The translations under genes were made by a program, and so were the position numbers. Positions 1 through 9,401 of a stretch of 64,000 nt of DNA are shown piece by piece. This stretch comes from Candidatus Alectryobacillus sp. (GTDB lineage Bacteria; Bacillota_I; Bacilli_A; RFN20; CAG-826). Position 1 is the first letter of the stretch, and each line of letters opens with the position of its first letter. Where the stretch lies: assembly GCA_036735985.1 (NCBI GenBank), contig DAINNH010000001.1, forward strand, positions 103,735 through 167,734, in the 5' to 3' direction. A model generated the notes under the pieces. That model was not told where the DNA came from, made no database searches, and saw nothing but the letters and a program-made list of their open reading frames with translations.

Positions 1-2
1 TC

Positions 3-515
3 CGCCGTGATAATAATGGACGTCGTCCATCTCGTCAAGGCCGAGGCGTTAAGGCTAAAGAATTCGACGAAAACGTCGTAAATATCAACCGTGTTGCTAA
101 GGTTGTTAAAGGTGGTAAGAGAATTAAATTCCAATCCATCGTGGTCATTGGTGATCATAAAGGCAAATATGGCTATGGAATTGGTAAATCTGCTGAAGTC
201 CCAGATGCCATCAAAAAAGGTGTTGAAGCAGCTAAGAAAAATATGAACAAAATTACCGTTGTAAAGGGAGATACAATTTCTCACGATGTTATCGGTAAAT
301 TTGGTGCTACTAGTGTCTTCCTTAAACCTGCTAAACCAGGTACTGGAATCGTTGCTGGTGGTCCAGTTCGTGCTATCTTAGAATTAGCTGGTATCAAGAA
401 CGTCTACTCTAAAGTTCATGGTTCACGTACAGCTATTAATATTATTCGTGCCACAGATGATGCTTTAAGAAACTTAAAGTCATACACCCATGTCCAAGAA
501 TTACGTAATAAATAA
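3..515 (+). CDS. rpsE: 30S ribosomal protein S5 (5' end cut by window edge)
   Basis: The reading frame is open from the window edge. The translation ...[47 protein letters not shown]...[12 protein letters not shown] is typical S5. It sits directly before rplO-secY. Confidence 0.95.
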   Translation, partial: RRDNNGRRPSRQGRGVKAKEFDENVVNINRVAKVVKGGKRIKFQSIVVIGDHKGKYGYGIGKSAEVPDAIKKGVEAAKKNMNKITVVKGDTISHDVIGKFGATSVFLKPAKPGTGIVAGGPVRAILELAGIKNVYSKVHGSRTAINIIRATDDALRNLKSYTHVQELRNK

Positions 516-529
516 GGAGGAAAGTGAAA

Positions 530-970
530 ATGAAATTAAATGAATTAGAATTTAGCAAAGGTTCACGCTCCGAAGGATTCCGTAAGGGTCGTGGTGTTGG
601 TTCAGGCAATGGTAAAACATGTGGAAAAGGCCAAAAAGGTCAATCCTCACGTCGTCAAGGTGAAGTCGCAGTTGGCTTCGAAGGTGGACAAACTCCACTT
701 TGGAGAAAACTTCCAAAACGTGGATTAAATCCAAAAACTGGAAAAAAATATGCTATCATTAATCTTGATGTTTTAAATAATTTTGATGAAGGTGAAGTTG
801 TTGATTTAACTAAACTTATTTCAAGAGGTTATCTAAAAGCCGAACTCGATGGTCTTAAAGTCTTGGCTGGTGGCGAATTAAGCAAAAAAGTTAGTGTTAA
901 AACTAATGCTATCTCAGCTAAAGCTAAAGAAGCTATCGAAAAATTAGGCGGCACAGTTGAGGTATTATAA
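530..970 (+). CDS. rplO: 50S ribosomal protein L15
   Basis: MKLNELEFSKGSR...GRGVGSGNGKTCGKGQKGQ is the L15 glycine-rich N-terminus. AGGAGG at 515-520 fits the ATG at 530 better than the GTG at 524 given in the ORF track. Confidence 0.93.
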   Translation: MKLNELEFSKGSRSEGFRKGRGVGSGNGKTCGKGQKGQSSRRQGEVAVGFEGGQTPLWRKLPKRGLNPKTGKKYAIINLDVLNNFDEGEVVDLTKLISRGYLKAELDGLKVLAGGELSKKVSVKTNAISAKAKEAIEKLGGTVEVL

Positions 971-973
971 TAA

Positions 974-2308
974 ATGAAAAAGCTTATAGCAATCGCAAAA
1001 AATAAGGATGTAATTAATCGTATTTTCTTTACGATAATGATTTTACTTGTTTTTCGTATCGGCGCTGCTATTCAGGTTCCAGGGGTTACTCTTTCAAAAG
1101 ATTTAACCACAGCCATGAATTCAAGTAATGCTTTATCACTTATGAATTTACTTGGAGGTGGTGCTCTCCAAAACTTCTCAATATTTGCACTAGGTGTCTC
1201 GCCTTATATTACAGCTCAGATTATTGTTGAACTTCTTTCGATGGATGTCCTCCCGACGCTTAGTGAATTACGAAAGCAAGGCGATACTGGACGTCATAAG
1301 ATTGAAATGGCAACTCGATATTTAACCATTATGCTTGGAGCAGTCCAAGCCTATGGTATTATCAAAATGATGGAATCATCGAACTATGTAACTCTTGCTC
1401 ATACCGATGCCATGTATTACACATACTTAGTTATTGTAATGTTGGCTGGTGGCATGCTGGTTATGTGGCTTGGCGATCAAATCACGGTTAAAGGTATTGG
1501 AAACGGTATTTCTGTAATTATTTTTGCAGGTATTGTCGTTGAATTACCTAACCAAATTATGACAGCTTATACAAAGTGGATTACAACAAATGCCGGACGT
1601 GATGCGCAATATCTGCTCACTGGCGTCTTACAATTTGTTACTTATCTCCTTTGCTTTATAGCTATTATTGCATTTGTTGTCTTCATTGAGTCTTCTCAAC
1701 GAAAGATTCCAGTGCAACAAGCGGGTAGAGGCGGAAATGCAAAGATGTCCAGTGCATCTTTCTTACCAATTAAATTGAATTCCGCTGGTGTTATTCCTGT
1801 TATCTTCGCGTCCTCAATCTTGATGGCGCCAAGCGTTATTGCTTCGTTTGTTTCAGCCGATGCAGCTAGCGCGACATGGCTTGATATCTTCTCAATTTCG
1901 AAATCCTATCAAATGCCAGGAGTTAATGGAACAACATGGCCAATGCCATGGGGCTTATTAATATACTTAATACTTATATTTGCCTTCACTTTCTTCTACT
2001 CTCAAATGCAAATCAATCCGGAACAACTGGCGGATAACTTCCAAAAGAATGGTTCCTATATTCCAGGCATTCGACCTGGCAAAGAAACGGAAAGATACAT
2101 TTCTAAAGTATTAAATCGTGTCACATTTATGGGAGCGATTGCCTTAAGCTTTATCGCAGCGCTACCAGTTATTCTTACTCTATCGGGCGTGTTTGGAGAA
2201 GATTCTTCGCTCGCCTTTGGTGGAACTGGCTTAATCATTGTTGTGGGTGTTGCTATTGAGCTCAACTCACAAATTGATGGTTTACTAGCTGGTAAGTCAT
2301 ACGACTAA
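974..2308 (+). CDS. secY: preprotein translocase subunit SecY
   Basis: A 444-aa polytopic protein with SecY-like segments (LGVSPYITAQIIVELL, GGTGLIIVVGVAIE). It is in the canonical spc-operon position. Confidence 0.95.
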   Translation: MKKLIAIAKNKDVINRIFFTIMILLVFRIGAAIQVPGVTLSKDLTTAMNSSNALSLMNLLGGGALQNFSIFALGVSPYITAQIIVELLSMDVLPTLSELRKQGDTGRHKIEMATRYLTIMLGAVQAYGIIKMMESSNYVTLAHTDAMYYTYLVIVMLAGGMLVMWLGDQITVKGIGNGISVIIFAGIVVELPNQIMTAYTKWITTNAGRDAQYLLTGVLQFVTYLLCFIAIIAFVVFIESSQRKIPVQQAGRGGNAKMSSASFLPIKLNSAGVIPVIFASSILMAPSVIASFVSADAASATWLDIFSISKSYQMPGVNGTTWPMPWGLLIYLILIFAFTFFYSQMQINPEQLADNFQKNGSYIPGIRPGKETERYISKVLNRVTFMGAIALSFIAALPVILTLSGVFGEDSSLAFGGTGLIIVVGVAIELNSQIDGLLAGKSYD

Positions 2309-2327
2309 AAATAGGAGGACTTATTAA

Positions 2328-2981
2328 ATGAAATTAAATATTGTGCTCTTAGGAGCTCCTGGTGCCGGTAAAGGTACCCAAGCCCAATTAATCGTTGATA
2401 AATACCATGTCCCACATATTTCCACCGGAGATATGTTTCGCGAAGCCATTAAAAACAAAACTGAACTAGGTCAACTCGCTGAGAAATTCATTTCTCACGG
2501 GGACCTAGTCCCAGATGAAGTCACAATCGGCCTCGTGAAAGAAAGACTTTCAAAAGAGGATTGTAAAGATGGCTATCTTCTTGATGGATTCCCGCGTACT
2601 TTAGTACAAGCCGAAGCCTTAAAGAAGTTATCCCACGAAATTGGACGAGATGTCAATCTTGTTATCAATATTGTGGTGCCAACTAATGTCTTAATTGAAC
2701 GTATTTCTGGACGTCGAGTTTGTAAAAAATGTGGAGCGAGCTATCATGTTGTTTCAATGAAACCTCTTAAAGAAGGAATCTGCGATCGATGCGGTGGCGA
2801 ACTTATTCAAAGACCAGATGATAATGCCGAAGCTCTTAAAGTTCGTTTAGACCATTATGAAAATGATACTAAACCTTTAATCAATTATTATGATCAACTC
2901 GGATTAATGAAAACAACCCGTGGTGATATGGGTCTTGAAAACAATTTTAAAGCTATTGTTAGCTTAATCGAGGCAAGATAA
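2328..2981 (+). CDS. adk: adenylate kinase (zinc-lid type)
   Basis: P-loop GAPGAGKGTQA and a CKKCG...CDRCGG zinc lid. It follows secY. Confidence 0.95.
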   Translation: MKLNIVLLGAPGAGKGTQAQLIVDKYHVPHISTGDMFREAIKNKTELGQLAEKFISHGDLVPDEVTIGLVKERLSKEDCKDGYLLDGFPRTLVQAEALKKLSHEIGRDVNLVINIVVPTNVLIERISGRRVCKKCGASYHVVSMKPLKEGICDRCGGELIQRPDDNAEALKVRLDHYENDTKPLINYYDQLGLMKTTRGDMGLENNFKAIVSLIEAR

Positions 2982-2984
2982 TTA

Positions 2985-3752
2985 ATGATTAATATTAAAT
3001 CCCCTCGTGAGATTGAATTAATGCGTAAAGCCGGGGCGGTTGTGGGTGGCGTTTTCGATGAAATCGAACCCTATATCGTGCCAGGTGCTTCTACTTTAAA
3101 AATAGCGAATATTGCTGAAAAGTATATTCGGGCCCATGGGGCGAGTCCTACTTTTAAGGGCTATGGTGGTTTCTCAGGAGCCGTTTGCACAAGTGTCAAT
3201 GACATTGTGATTCATGGTATTCCTTCAAAGCATTGTATCTTAAAAGAAGGCGATATTCTTAGTGTGGATGTTGGTGCTACTTTGAATGGTTTTGTGGGCG
3301 ATGCCTGCCGAACCTATCCAGTTGGTAAAATATCACCAGAAGCCGCGCACTTAATTGAGACTACTAAAAAATCTTTCTATGAAGGCATCGCCCTCGTTAA
3401 AGATGGCGCTTTGCTTGGTGATGTTTCGCATCGTATTGAAGAAGTTAACCTCGCTGAAGGTTTTTCCCTCTTAAAGGATTACTGTGGGCATGGGGTTGGC
3501 CGCGAATTACATGAAGATCCAAATATCCCAAATTATGGACCAGCCGGTGTTGGACCGATTCTTAAAGAAGGTATGTGTCTCGCTATTGAACCAATGGTGG
3601 CTTTTGGCGATGATAAATACGAAGTCTTAGCTGATAACTGGGCCGTTAGAATGAAAGATGGCAAATATAGTGCTCACTATGAAAATTCAATCGTCGTCAC
3701 AAAAGATGGATGTGAAATATTAACGTTATCCCCTAAGGAGAAGTTACATTAA
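2985..3752 (+). CDS. map: type I methionine aminopeptidase
   Basis: Has the pita-bread metal-ligand context ([30 protein letters not shown]). In adk-map-infA order. Confidence 0.93.
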   Translation: MINIKSPREIELMRKAGAVVGGVFDEIEPYIVPGASTLKIANIAEKYIRAHGASPTFKGYGGFSGAVCTSVNDIVIHGIPSKHCILKEGDILSVDVGATLNGFVGDACRTYPVGKISPEAAHLIETTKKSFYEGIALVKDGALLGDVSHRIEEVNLAEGFSLLKDYCGHGVGRELHEDPNIPNYGPAGVGPILKEGMCLAIEPMVAFGDDKYEVLADNWAVRMKDGKYSAHYENSIVVTKDGCEILTLSPKEKLH

Positions 3753-3970
3753 TGGCTAAACAAGATTGTATTAGTTGTATGGCGGTCGTTAAAGAAGCTT
3801 TACCAAATGTTCGATTTAAGGTTGAGCTTGAAAACGGTCACACTATCATTGCTACTGTTTCTGGAAAAATCCGTTTAAATAACATTCGCATTTTCCCAGG
3901 TGATAAAGTTAGTGTCGATATGTCGCCTTATGACTTAAAACAGGGCAGAATTACTTATCGTTTTAAATAA
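3752..3970 (+). CDS. infA: translation initiation factor IF-1
   Basis: A 72-aa S1-like OB protein ([42 protein letters not shown]). Its start overlaps the map stop (TAATG). Confidence 0.95.
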   Translation: MAKQDCISCMAVVKEALPNVRFKVELENGHTIIATVSGKIRLNNIRIFPGDKVSVDMSPYDLKQGRITYRFK

Positions 3971-3988
3971 ACTATTGGAGGAATTATT

Positions 3989-4102
3989 ATGAAAGTAAGA
4001 CCATCCGTAAAACCTATTTGCGATAAATGCAAGGTTGTCAAAAGACATGGTACATTATATGTCATTTGCTCAAACCCAAAGCATAAGCAAAGACAAGGTT
4101 AA
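3989..4102 (+). CDS. rpmJ: 50S ribosomal protein L36
   Basis: Not in the ORF track because it is too short. Hand translation gives [43 protein letters not shown] lies upstream. It sits between infA and rpsM. Confidence 0.93.
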   Translation: MKVRPSVKPICDKCKVVKRHGTLYVICSNPKHKQRQG

Positions 4103-4125
4103 TTTGGAGGAATAAATTAAAAATT

Positions 4126-4500
4126 ATGGCTAGAATTGTTGGTGTCGATATTCCAAATGATAAACAAGTAGCGTATTCATTACGTTACATTTATGGCGTT
4201 GGTACCACCCGCGCTTTCGAGATTTGCGAAGCCGCTAAAGTTGATCCTACCATTCGTGTTAAGGATCTTAGCGAGGAACAATTATCGGCTCTTCGTGCTG
4301 CGATGAGCAAATTTAAAGTGGAAGGCGATTTACGTCGTGAAGTCGCTTTAAATATTAAACGTTTAACTGAAATCGGTTGCTACCGTGGAGTTAGACATAA
4401 AAAAGGTCTTCCATGCCGTGGACAACGTACGAAGACAAATGCTCGTACCTGCAAAGGACCACGTAAGACTATTGCTAATAAAAAGGAAGCTACTAAGTAG
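4126..4500 (+). CDS. rpsM: 30S ribosomal protein S13
   Basis: [26 protein letters not shown] is the S13 N-terminus. Confidence 0.95.
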   Translation: MARIVGVDIPNDKQVAYSLRYIYGVGTTRAFEICEAAKVDPTIRVKDLSEEQLSALRAAMSKFKVEGDLRREVALNIKRLTEIGCYRGVRHKKGLPCRGQRTKTNARTCKGPRKTIANKKEATK

Positions 4501-4520
4501 TTAGGGAGGAGAAATTAATT

Positions 4521-4931
4521 ATGGCAAACGTTACAAATGATGCTAAAAAAGTATCTGCACCTAAGAAAAAGAAGATTAGAAGAGCTTTTACGAAAGGATT
4601 AGCTCATATTCATACGACTTTTAATAACACTATTGTTACCATTAGTGATGAACAAGGCAATGTTATTGCCTGGGCAAGCGCTGGTGGATTAGGTTATAAG
4701 GGTGCTAAGAAGGGCACTCCATTCGCTGCTCAATCCGCAGCGGAACAAGCCGCTAAAGCTGCCGCCGCTCAAGGTTTAAAGCAAGTCGATGTCTTTGTTA
4801 AAGGCACCGGAGCTGGCCGTGAGACTGCTGTCCGTGCTTTAACAGTTGGTGGACTTCAAATTTTATCAATTACTGATACAACTCCAGTCCCACACAACGG
4901 CTGTCGTCCTCCAAAACGTCCAAGAGGATAG
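4521..4931 (+). CDS. rpsK: 30S ribosomal protein S11
   Basis: [30 protein letters not shown]...[17 protein letters not shown] is typical S11. Confidence 0.95.
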   Translation: MANVTNDAKKVSAPKKKKIRRAFTKGLAHIHTTFNNTIVTISDEQGNVIAWASAGGLGYKGAKKGTPFAAQSAAEQAAKAAAAQGLKQVDVFVKGTGAGRETAVRALTVGGLQILSITDTTPVPHNGCRPPKRPRG

Positions 4932-4989
4932 TTTTGAAATATATTTGTTGAAATTATTTAAACATTTATTAGGGAGGAAATTTATATAA

Positions 4990-5964
4990 ATGAATAAAAT
5001 GATTCACCCATTTGAAAAGCCTAGTTTCCCAATTGCTAAGGAATCAGAAGATGCTACTTTTGGTCGTTTCGTCATTGAACCTCTTGAAAGAGGTTTTGGC
5101 TTAACAATCGGAAATGCTCTTCGTCGAGTTTTACTCTCTGCAATTCCAGGAGCTAGTGTATATGCCGTCAAAATTGATGGTGCCCTCCACGAATTTACTG
5201 CCTTAGATGGTGTTAGTGAAGATGTCACAATGATTATTCTCAATTTAAAGAAATTAATTCTTGAAATTGATGCAAACGATGAAGATTCTCGTGAATTAAC
5301 CGTTGAATGTCATGGTCCTTGCACTGTTTATGCTAAAGATATTCAATTGCCAAGTGACGTTAAAGTTATTAATGGCGATCTTGAAATTGCACACTTAGCT
5401 GAAGGCGGACATCTTAAAATGTCACTCTATGCCTGTAATGGTCGTGGATATGTGACATGTGATGAAAATAGAGTAATTAAGGATATTTCCTCAAATCACT
5501 CTGGATTAATTGCCACAGATAGCAATTATTCCCCAATTGTTAAAGTAAATTATAGTGTTGATGCTACTCGTGTTGGCCACGACTCTCGTTATGATAAACT
5601 TACTCTTGAAGTTACTACTAATGGTAGTATTGCTCCAAGCTCAGTTATCGCGATGGCTGCGGAAATGCTTATTGTTTACTTTAGTAAGTTTATTGATCTT
5701 AACGAGACTGTTAAGAACCTCGATGCTTTTAAAGAAAAAGAAGTTGAACCTCAAAATAAATATGCTGATATGGACATTTGCGAACTCGAACTTTCCGTTC
5801 GTTCTGGCAATGCCTTAAAGAGACAAGGTTATACAAAGGTTTATCAATTAACACAAATTTCTGAAGAAGAAATGATGAAGTTCAGAAATTTAGGTAAGAA
5901 GTCATTAAAAGAAATTGAAGATAGATTGAGTGAACTTGGTTTATCATTCAAGAAATCAAATTAA
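4990..5964 (+). CDS. rpoA: DNA-directed RNA polymerase subunit alpha
   Basis: GRFVIEPLERGFGLTIGNALRRVLLSAIPGAS is the alpha N-terminal domain. The C-terminal domain has ELSVRSGNALKRQG. Confidence 0.95.
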   Translation: MNKMIHPFEKPSFPIAKESEDATFGRFVIEPLERGFGLTIGNALRRVLLSAIPGASVYAVKIDGALHEFTALDGVSEDVTMIILNLKKLILEIDANDEDSRELTVECHGPCTVYAKDIQLPSDVKVINGDLEIAHLAEGGHLKMSLYACNGRGYVTCDENRVIKDISSNHSGLIATDSNYSPIVKVNYSVDATRVGHDSRYDKLTLEVTTNGSIAPSSVIAMAAEMLIVYFSKFIDLNETVKNLDAFKEKEVEPQNKYADMDICELELSVRSGNALKRQGYTKVYQLTQISEEEMMKFRNLGKKSLKEIEDRLSELGLSFKKSN

Positions 5965-5978
5965 AGGAGAATTAAACT

Positions 5979-6380
5979 ATGGCAGCTCAAGGTCGTAAGA
6001 ATGTCCATGGTAAGGCTGGCGTTAGATTTAAGGCAGCTTATACCACTGGCAAAAGAAGAAATTTACTTCGTAATGTCGTAACTGAACTCGTGAAAAACGA
6101 AAAGGTTACTGTTACTTATAGCGTTGTTGCCCCACTTGTTAAAGAAGCTAGTAATCTTATTACTCTTGCTAAAAGAGGAGATTTACATGCTCGTAGACAA
6201 GCCGCAAGCGTATTAAGAGCTTACACTGTTGACGAAAAAGGCACATTAGCCCTTGAAAAATTATTCAATGATCTCGGAAAGAGATTTGAAGGCGTCAATG
6301 GCGGCTATGTTCGAGTCTTAAAGATGCAACCACGTAAAGGTGATAATGCTGAACTTAGACTTATTACATGGTCAAAGTAA
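5979..6380 (+). CDS. rplQ: 50S ribosomal protein L17
   Basis: A 133-aa basic protein ending GGYVRVLKMQPRKGDNAELRLITW. It is the last gene of the alpha operon. Confidence 0.93.
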   Translation: MAAQGRKNVHGKAGVRFKAAYTTGKRRNLLRNVVTELVKNEKVTVTYSVVAPLVKEASNLITLAKRGDLHARRQAASVLRAYTVDEKGTLALEKLFNDLGKRFEGVNGGYVRVLKMQPRKGDNAELRLITWSK

Positions 6381-6396
6381 ATAATTTATAAATTTA

Positions 6397-6427
6397 AAAT
6401 CCCAGACTCTTGTTTGGGATTTTTATT
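6397..6427 (+). terminator. rho-independent terminator after rplQ
   Basis: Hairpin AAAATCCCAGA-ctcttg-TTTGGGATTTT followed by a T-run. Confidence 0.8.
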
Positions 6428-6441
6428 AAATGGAGGTCACT

Positions 6442-6792
6442 ATGTATTGCAAAAAATGTGGAGCTGAAATTCCAGAAAATTCTAATTTTTGTCCAAAATG
6501 TGGAGCTAAAATTGATGATTCTACTCGCAATTATGGCTCAGATGCCAACTATTATAATCCAGATAAAGGCAAGAACTCTGAGATAAGTGAACGTTATATT
6601 TTTGTAATTTTACAACTAGTTTTTATGCCTATTGGAGTCGGTTGGTTTTATGTTGGTGAAACTGGAAAAGGTGTTTTATCTATTCTCTTTTTCTGGACAT
6701 TTATTCCGTTTATCTGTTCAATTGTTTCAGCTTGCCGCGCTTTAAATTTATCTGATCAAGAATTTAGAAAAGAATATTTTTCAAAAAAGTAA
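6442..6792 (+). CDS. zinc-ribbon / TM2-like small membrane protein
   Basis: MYCKKCGAEIPENSNFCPKCGAKI is a double-CxxC zinc ribbon. The C-terminal hydrophobic part (GVGWFYVGETGKGVLSILFFW) resembles a TM2 domain. GGAGG at 6432-6436 favours the ATG at 6442 over 6430. Confidence 0.6.
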   Translation: MYCKKCGAEIPENSNFCPKCGAKIDDSTRNYGSDANYYNPDKGKNSEISERYIFVILQLVFMPIGVGWFYVGETGKGVLSILFFWTFIPFICSIVSACRALNLSDQEFRKEYFSKK

Positions 6793-6825
6793 AGAACGGT
6801 TGAGATTTTTTCAATATTTAACGAT

Positions 6826-6873
6826 GTGCCAAATGTATGCCAAAGACATATATTTGGCACTTTTGTTTCTTTT
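6826..6873 (+). terminator. rho-independent terminator
   Basis: GTGCCAAAT (6826-6834) pairs with ATTTGGCAC (6852-6860), followed by TTTTGTTTCTTTT. Confidence 0.7.
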
Positions 6874-6977
6874 AGAAATGTTTTGCATAGTTTTTCTAAA
6901 TCAGTATTTATTTTTTTAGTGTAAAAAATTCCGAAAATAAAGTAGTTTCGTGTCTTTTATAAAGTGCATGAAACGAG

Positions 6978-7011
6978 TATAATTATTTTGTATTCATATA
7001 TTATATGAATA
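6978..7011 (+). promoter_or_regulatory. candidate -10 box (TATAAT 6978-6983) plus 21-bp perfect palindrome operator (6991-7011) in front of the hydrogenase operon
   Basis: TATTCATATA-T-TATATGAATA has 10-bp perfect arms. It starts 8 nt after a consensus TATAAT and ends 20 nt before the hydC ATG. Confidence 0.45.
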
Positions 7012-7030
7012 GTTATTGTGAGGGTTACAT

Positions 7031-7513
7031 ATGGCATTAAGAAAAGAAGCTGTCGATTTAATTAAATCGATTTGTGCTAGGTACAAAGATGAACCTACTC
7101 CTTTGATGCTTGTCTTAAGTGACATTCAAAAAGAGTATGGTTATATCCCACTCGAAGTACAAGAACTCGTAGGTCAAGAATTAGGATTACCAGTATCAGA
7201 CATTTATGGTGTCGTTACTTTCTATTCATTCTTCTCCTTAACACCAAAGGGCAAATTCGTTGTTGGTGTTTGCCTTGGTACTGCCTGTTATGTTAAGGGC
7301 GGTCAAAATATTATTGATAAATTTGAAGAAGTATTAGGTATTAAGCCTGGTCAAACAACAGCAGATGGTTTATTTACACTTGATGCTTTAAGATGCATTG
7401 GCGCATGTGGTATTGCTCCAGCTGTTTCAATCAATGGCAAAGTTTATCCAAAGATGACTGTGGATAAAGTTGTTGGAATTGTTGATTCATATCGTAAGGA
7501 GGCCAACGCCTAA
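7031..7513 (+). CDS. hydC: [FeFe] hydrogenase NuoE-like 2Fe-2S subunit
   Basis: A 160-aa thioredoxin-like [2Fe-2S] protein with the cysteine pattern CLGTAC...CIGACGIAP, as in NuoE/HydC. Confidence 0.85.
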   Translation: MALRKEAVDLIKSICARYKDEPTPLMLVLSDIQKEYGYIPLEVQELVGQELGLPVSDIYGVVTFYSFFSLTPKGKFVVGVCLGTACYVKGGQNIIDKFEEVLGIKPGQTTADGLFTLDALRCIGACGIAPAVSINGKVYPKMTVDKVVGIVDSYRKEANA

Positions 7514-9384
7514 TGGAACAAGTAAAAACATTTGAAGCTCTTGAAAAAGAAATAAAGAGCTGTACTGATAATTTAAATGTTAAATTTAAAGGCCTTAATG
7601 GCAAACGTGCTATTGTTGTTTGTGGTGGTACTGGTTGTTTAGCCAGTGACTCCGATGGCATCATGAAGCGTTTGATTGAGCTCGTTAAAGAGAATCATCT
7701 CGAAGACAAAGTTTCAATTAACCATGTTGGCTGCTTTGGTTTCTGTTCACAAGGACCATTCGTTAAAATTTTCCCAGAAGACACACTTTATCGTCTTGTT
7801 AAAGTTGCTGATTGCGAAGAAATCGTTCAAAGCGATTTAATTGAGCATAAGATTGTTGATCGACTTCTTTATGTTGATCCACAAACTCATCAAAAAGTTA
7901 CCAAACAAGATGATATTAACTTCTATAAAAAGCAGAAGAGAATTGCTCTTTATGGTTGTTCAATTATTAACCCTGAAGATATTAATGAAGCTCTTGGTAT
8001 GGATGGCTTTAAAGCTTTAGCTAAAGTTTTAAAGATGTCTCAACAAGATGTCATTAACGAAGTTCTCGCCAGCGGCATTCGTGGCCGTGGTGGTGCTGGC
8101 TTCCCAACTGGAAGAAAGTGGCAATTCGCTTATGATCAAAAGAATGATACAAAATATGTTGTTTGTAATGGTGATGAAGGTGACCCAGGCGCTTTCATGG
8201 ATCGTAGTATCCTTGAAGGTAACCCACTTGAAGTCATTGAAGGTATGATGATTGCTGGTTATGCAATTGGTGCAAAGAATGGTTATTTCTACGTTCGTGC
8301 CGAATACCCTATCGCTGTTGATAGATTACGTATTGCAATTAAACAAGCCGAAGCTGTTGGTTTACTTGGTGATAACATTTTAGGAACCGATTTCTCTTTC
8401 AGAGTTCACATTCGTTTAGGCGCTGGTGCCTTCGTTTGTGGCGAAGAAACAGCCTTACTTAATTCTATTCAAGGTGAAAGAGGTAATCCACGTCCACGTC
8501 CACCATTCCCAGCTGTTAAAGGTCTTTGGGATCATCCTACTATTATTAATAACGTTGAAACGTTAGCAAATATTCCTTATATTTTCCGTGTTGGCGCAGC
8601 TGAATATGCTAAAGTCGGTACTGAAAAATCTAAAGGTACAAAAGTCTTTGCTCTTGGTGGCAAAGTCAATAACGTTGGACTTGTCGAAGTTCCAATGGGT
8701 ACTACTTTACGAGAATTAATTTTTGATGTTGGCGGTGGTATTCAAAATAATCGTCAATTTAAAGCAATTCAAACTGGTGGTCCATCGGGCGGTTGTTTAA
8801 CCACTCAAGATCTCGATACTCCAATTGACTATGATAATTTAATCGCAGCGGGCTCCATGATGGGTTCAGGTGGTGCTATTGTCATGGATGAAGATAACTG
8901 CATGGTTGATGTTGCTAAATTCTACATGGAATTTATTTGTGATGAATCTTGTGGTAAATGTACTCCATGCCGTATTGGTACAAAGAGACTTCTTGAAATC
9001 TTAACAAAGATTACCGAAGGCCATGGTGAAATGAGTGATATTGATAAACTTGAAAATTTATCAAAAGCAATTAAAGCTGGCTCACTTTGTGGCTTAGGCC
9101 AAACTGCAGCTAACCCAATTCTTTCAACATTAAGTAAATTTAAAAATGAATACATTTCTCATATCGTTGATAAGAAATGTCCAGCTCATGTTTGTAAGAA
9201 ATTAATTACAATTGAAATTGATCCTAATAAATGTAAGAAATGTTCACTTTGTTCACGTGTTTGCCCAGTTAGTGCAATTACTGGCGAAGTTGGCAAAACA
9301 GCATTTGTTATTAATCAAGCAAAGTGTATTAAGTGTGGTACTTGTTTGGCTTCATGCCACTTCGGTGCCATCTCTAAGCACTAA
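7513..9384 (+). CDS. hydB: [FeFe] hydrogenase NuoF-like flavoprotein subunit (NAD(H)/FMN binding, Fe-S)
   Basis: GRGGAGFPTGRKW and NGDEGDPGAFMDR (FMN/NADH site), SCGKCTPCR (N3 cluster), an N-terminal CGGTGC...CFGFC 2Fe-2S domain, and a C-terminal 2x CxxCxxCxxxCP ferredoxin domain. Confidence 0.9.
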   Translation: MEQVKTFEALEKEIKSCTDNLNVKFKGLNGKRAIVVCGGTGCLASDSDGIMKRLIELVKENHLEDKVSINHVGCFGFCSQGPFVKIFPEDTLYRLVKVADCEEIVQSDLIEHKIVDRLLYVDPQTHQKVTKQDDINFYKKQKRIALYGCSIINPEDINEALGMDGFKALAKVLKMSQQDVINEVLASGIRGRGGAGFPTGRKWQFAYDQKNDTKYVVCNGDEGDPGAFMDRSILEGNPLEVIEGMMIAGYAIGAKNGYFYVRAEYPIAVDRLRIAIKQAEAVGLLGDNILGTDFSFRVHIRLGAGAFVCGEETALLNSIQGERGNPRPRPPFPAVKGLWDHPTIINNVETLANIPYIFRVGAAEYAKVGTEKSKGTKVFALGGKVNNVGLVEVPMGTTLRELIFDVGGGIQNNRQFKAIQTGGPSGGCLTTQDLDTPIDYDNLIAAGSMMGSGGAIVMDEDNCMVDVAKFYMEFICDESCGKCTPCRIGTKRLLEILTKITEGHGEMSDIDKLENLSKAIKAGSLCGLGQTAANPILSTLSKFKNEYISHIVDKKCPAHVCKKLITIEIDPNKCKKCSLCSRVCPVSAITGEVGKTAFVINQAKCIKCGTCLASCHFGAISKH

Positions 9385-9401
9385 TTAAGGAGGAAAGAAA
9401 A

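Noticed and set aside
6961-7030. Rex operator upstream of the hydrogenase operon.
   Set aside because: Neither the 21-bp palindrome nor the nearby TTGTATTC...TTATTGTG stretch fits TTGTGAA-N6-TTCACAA. It is reported only as an unassigned operator candidate.
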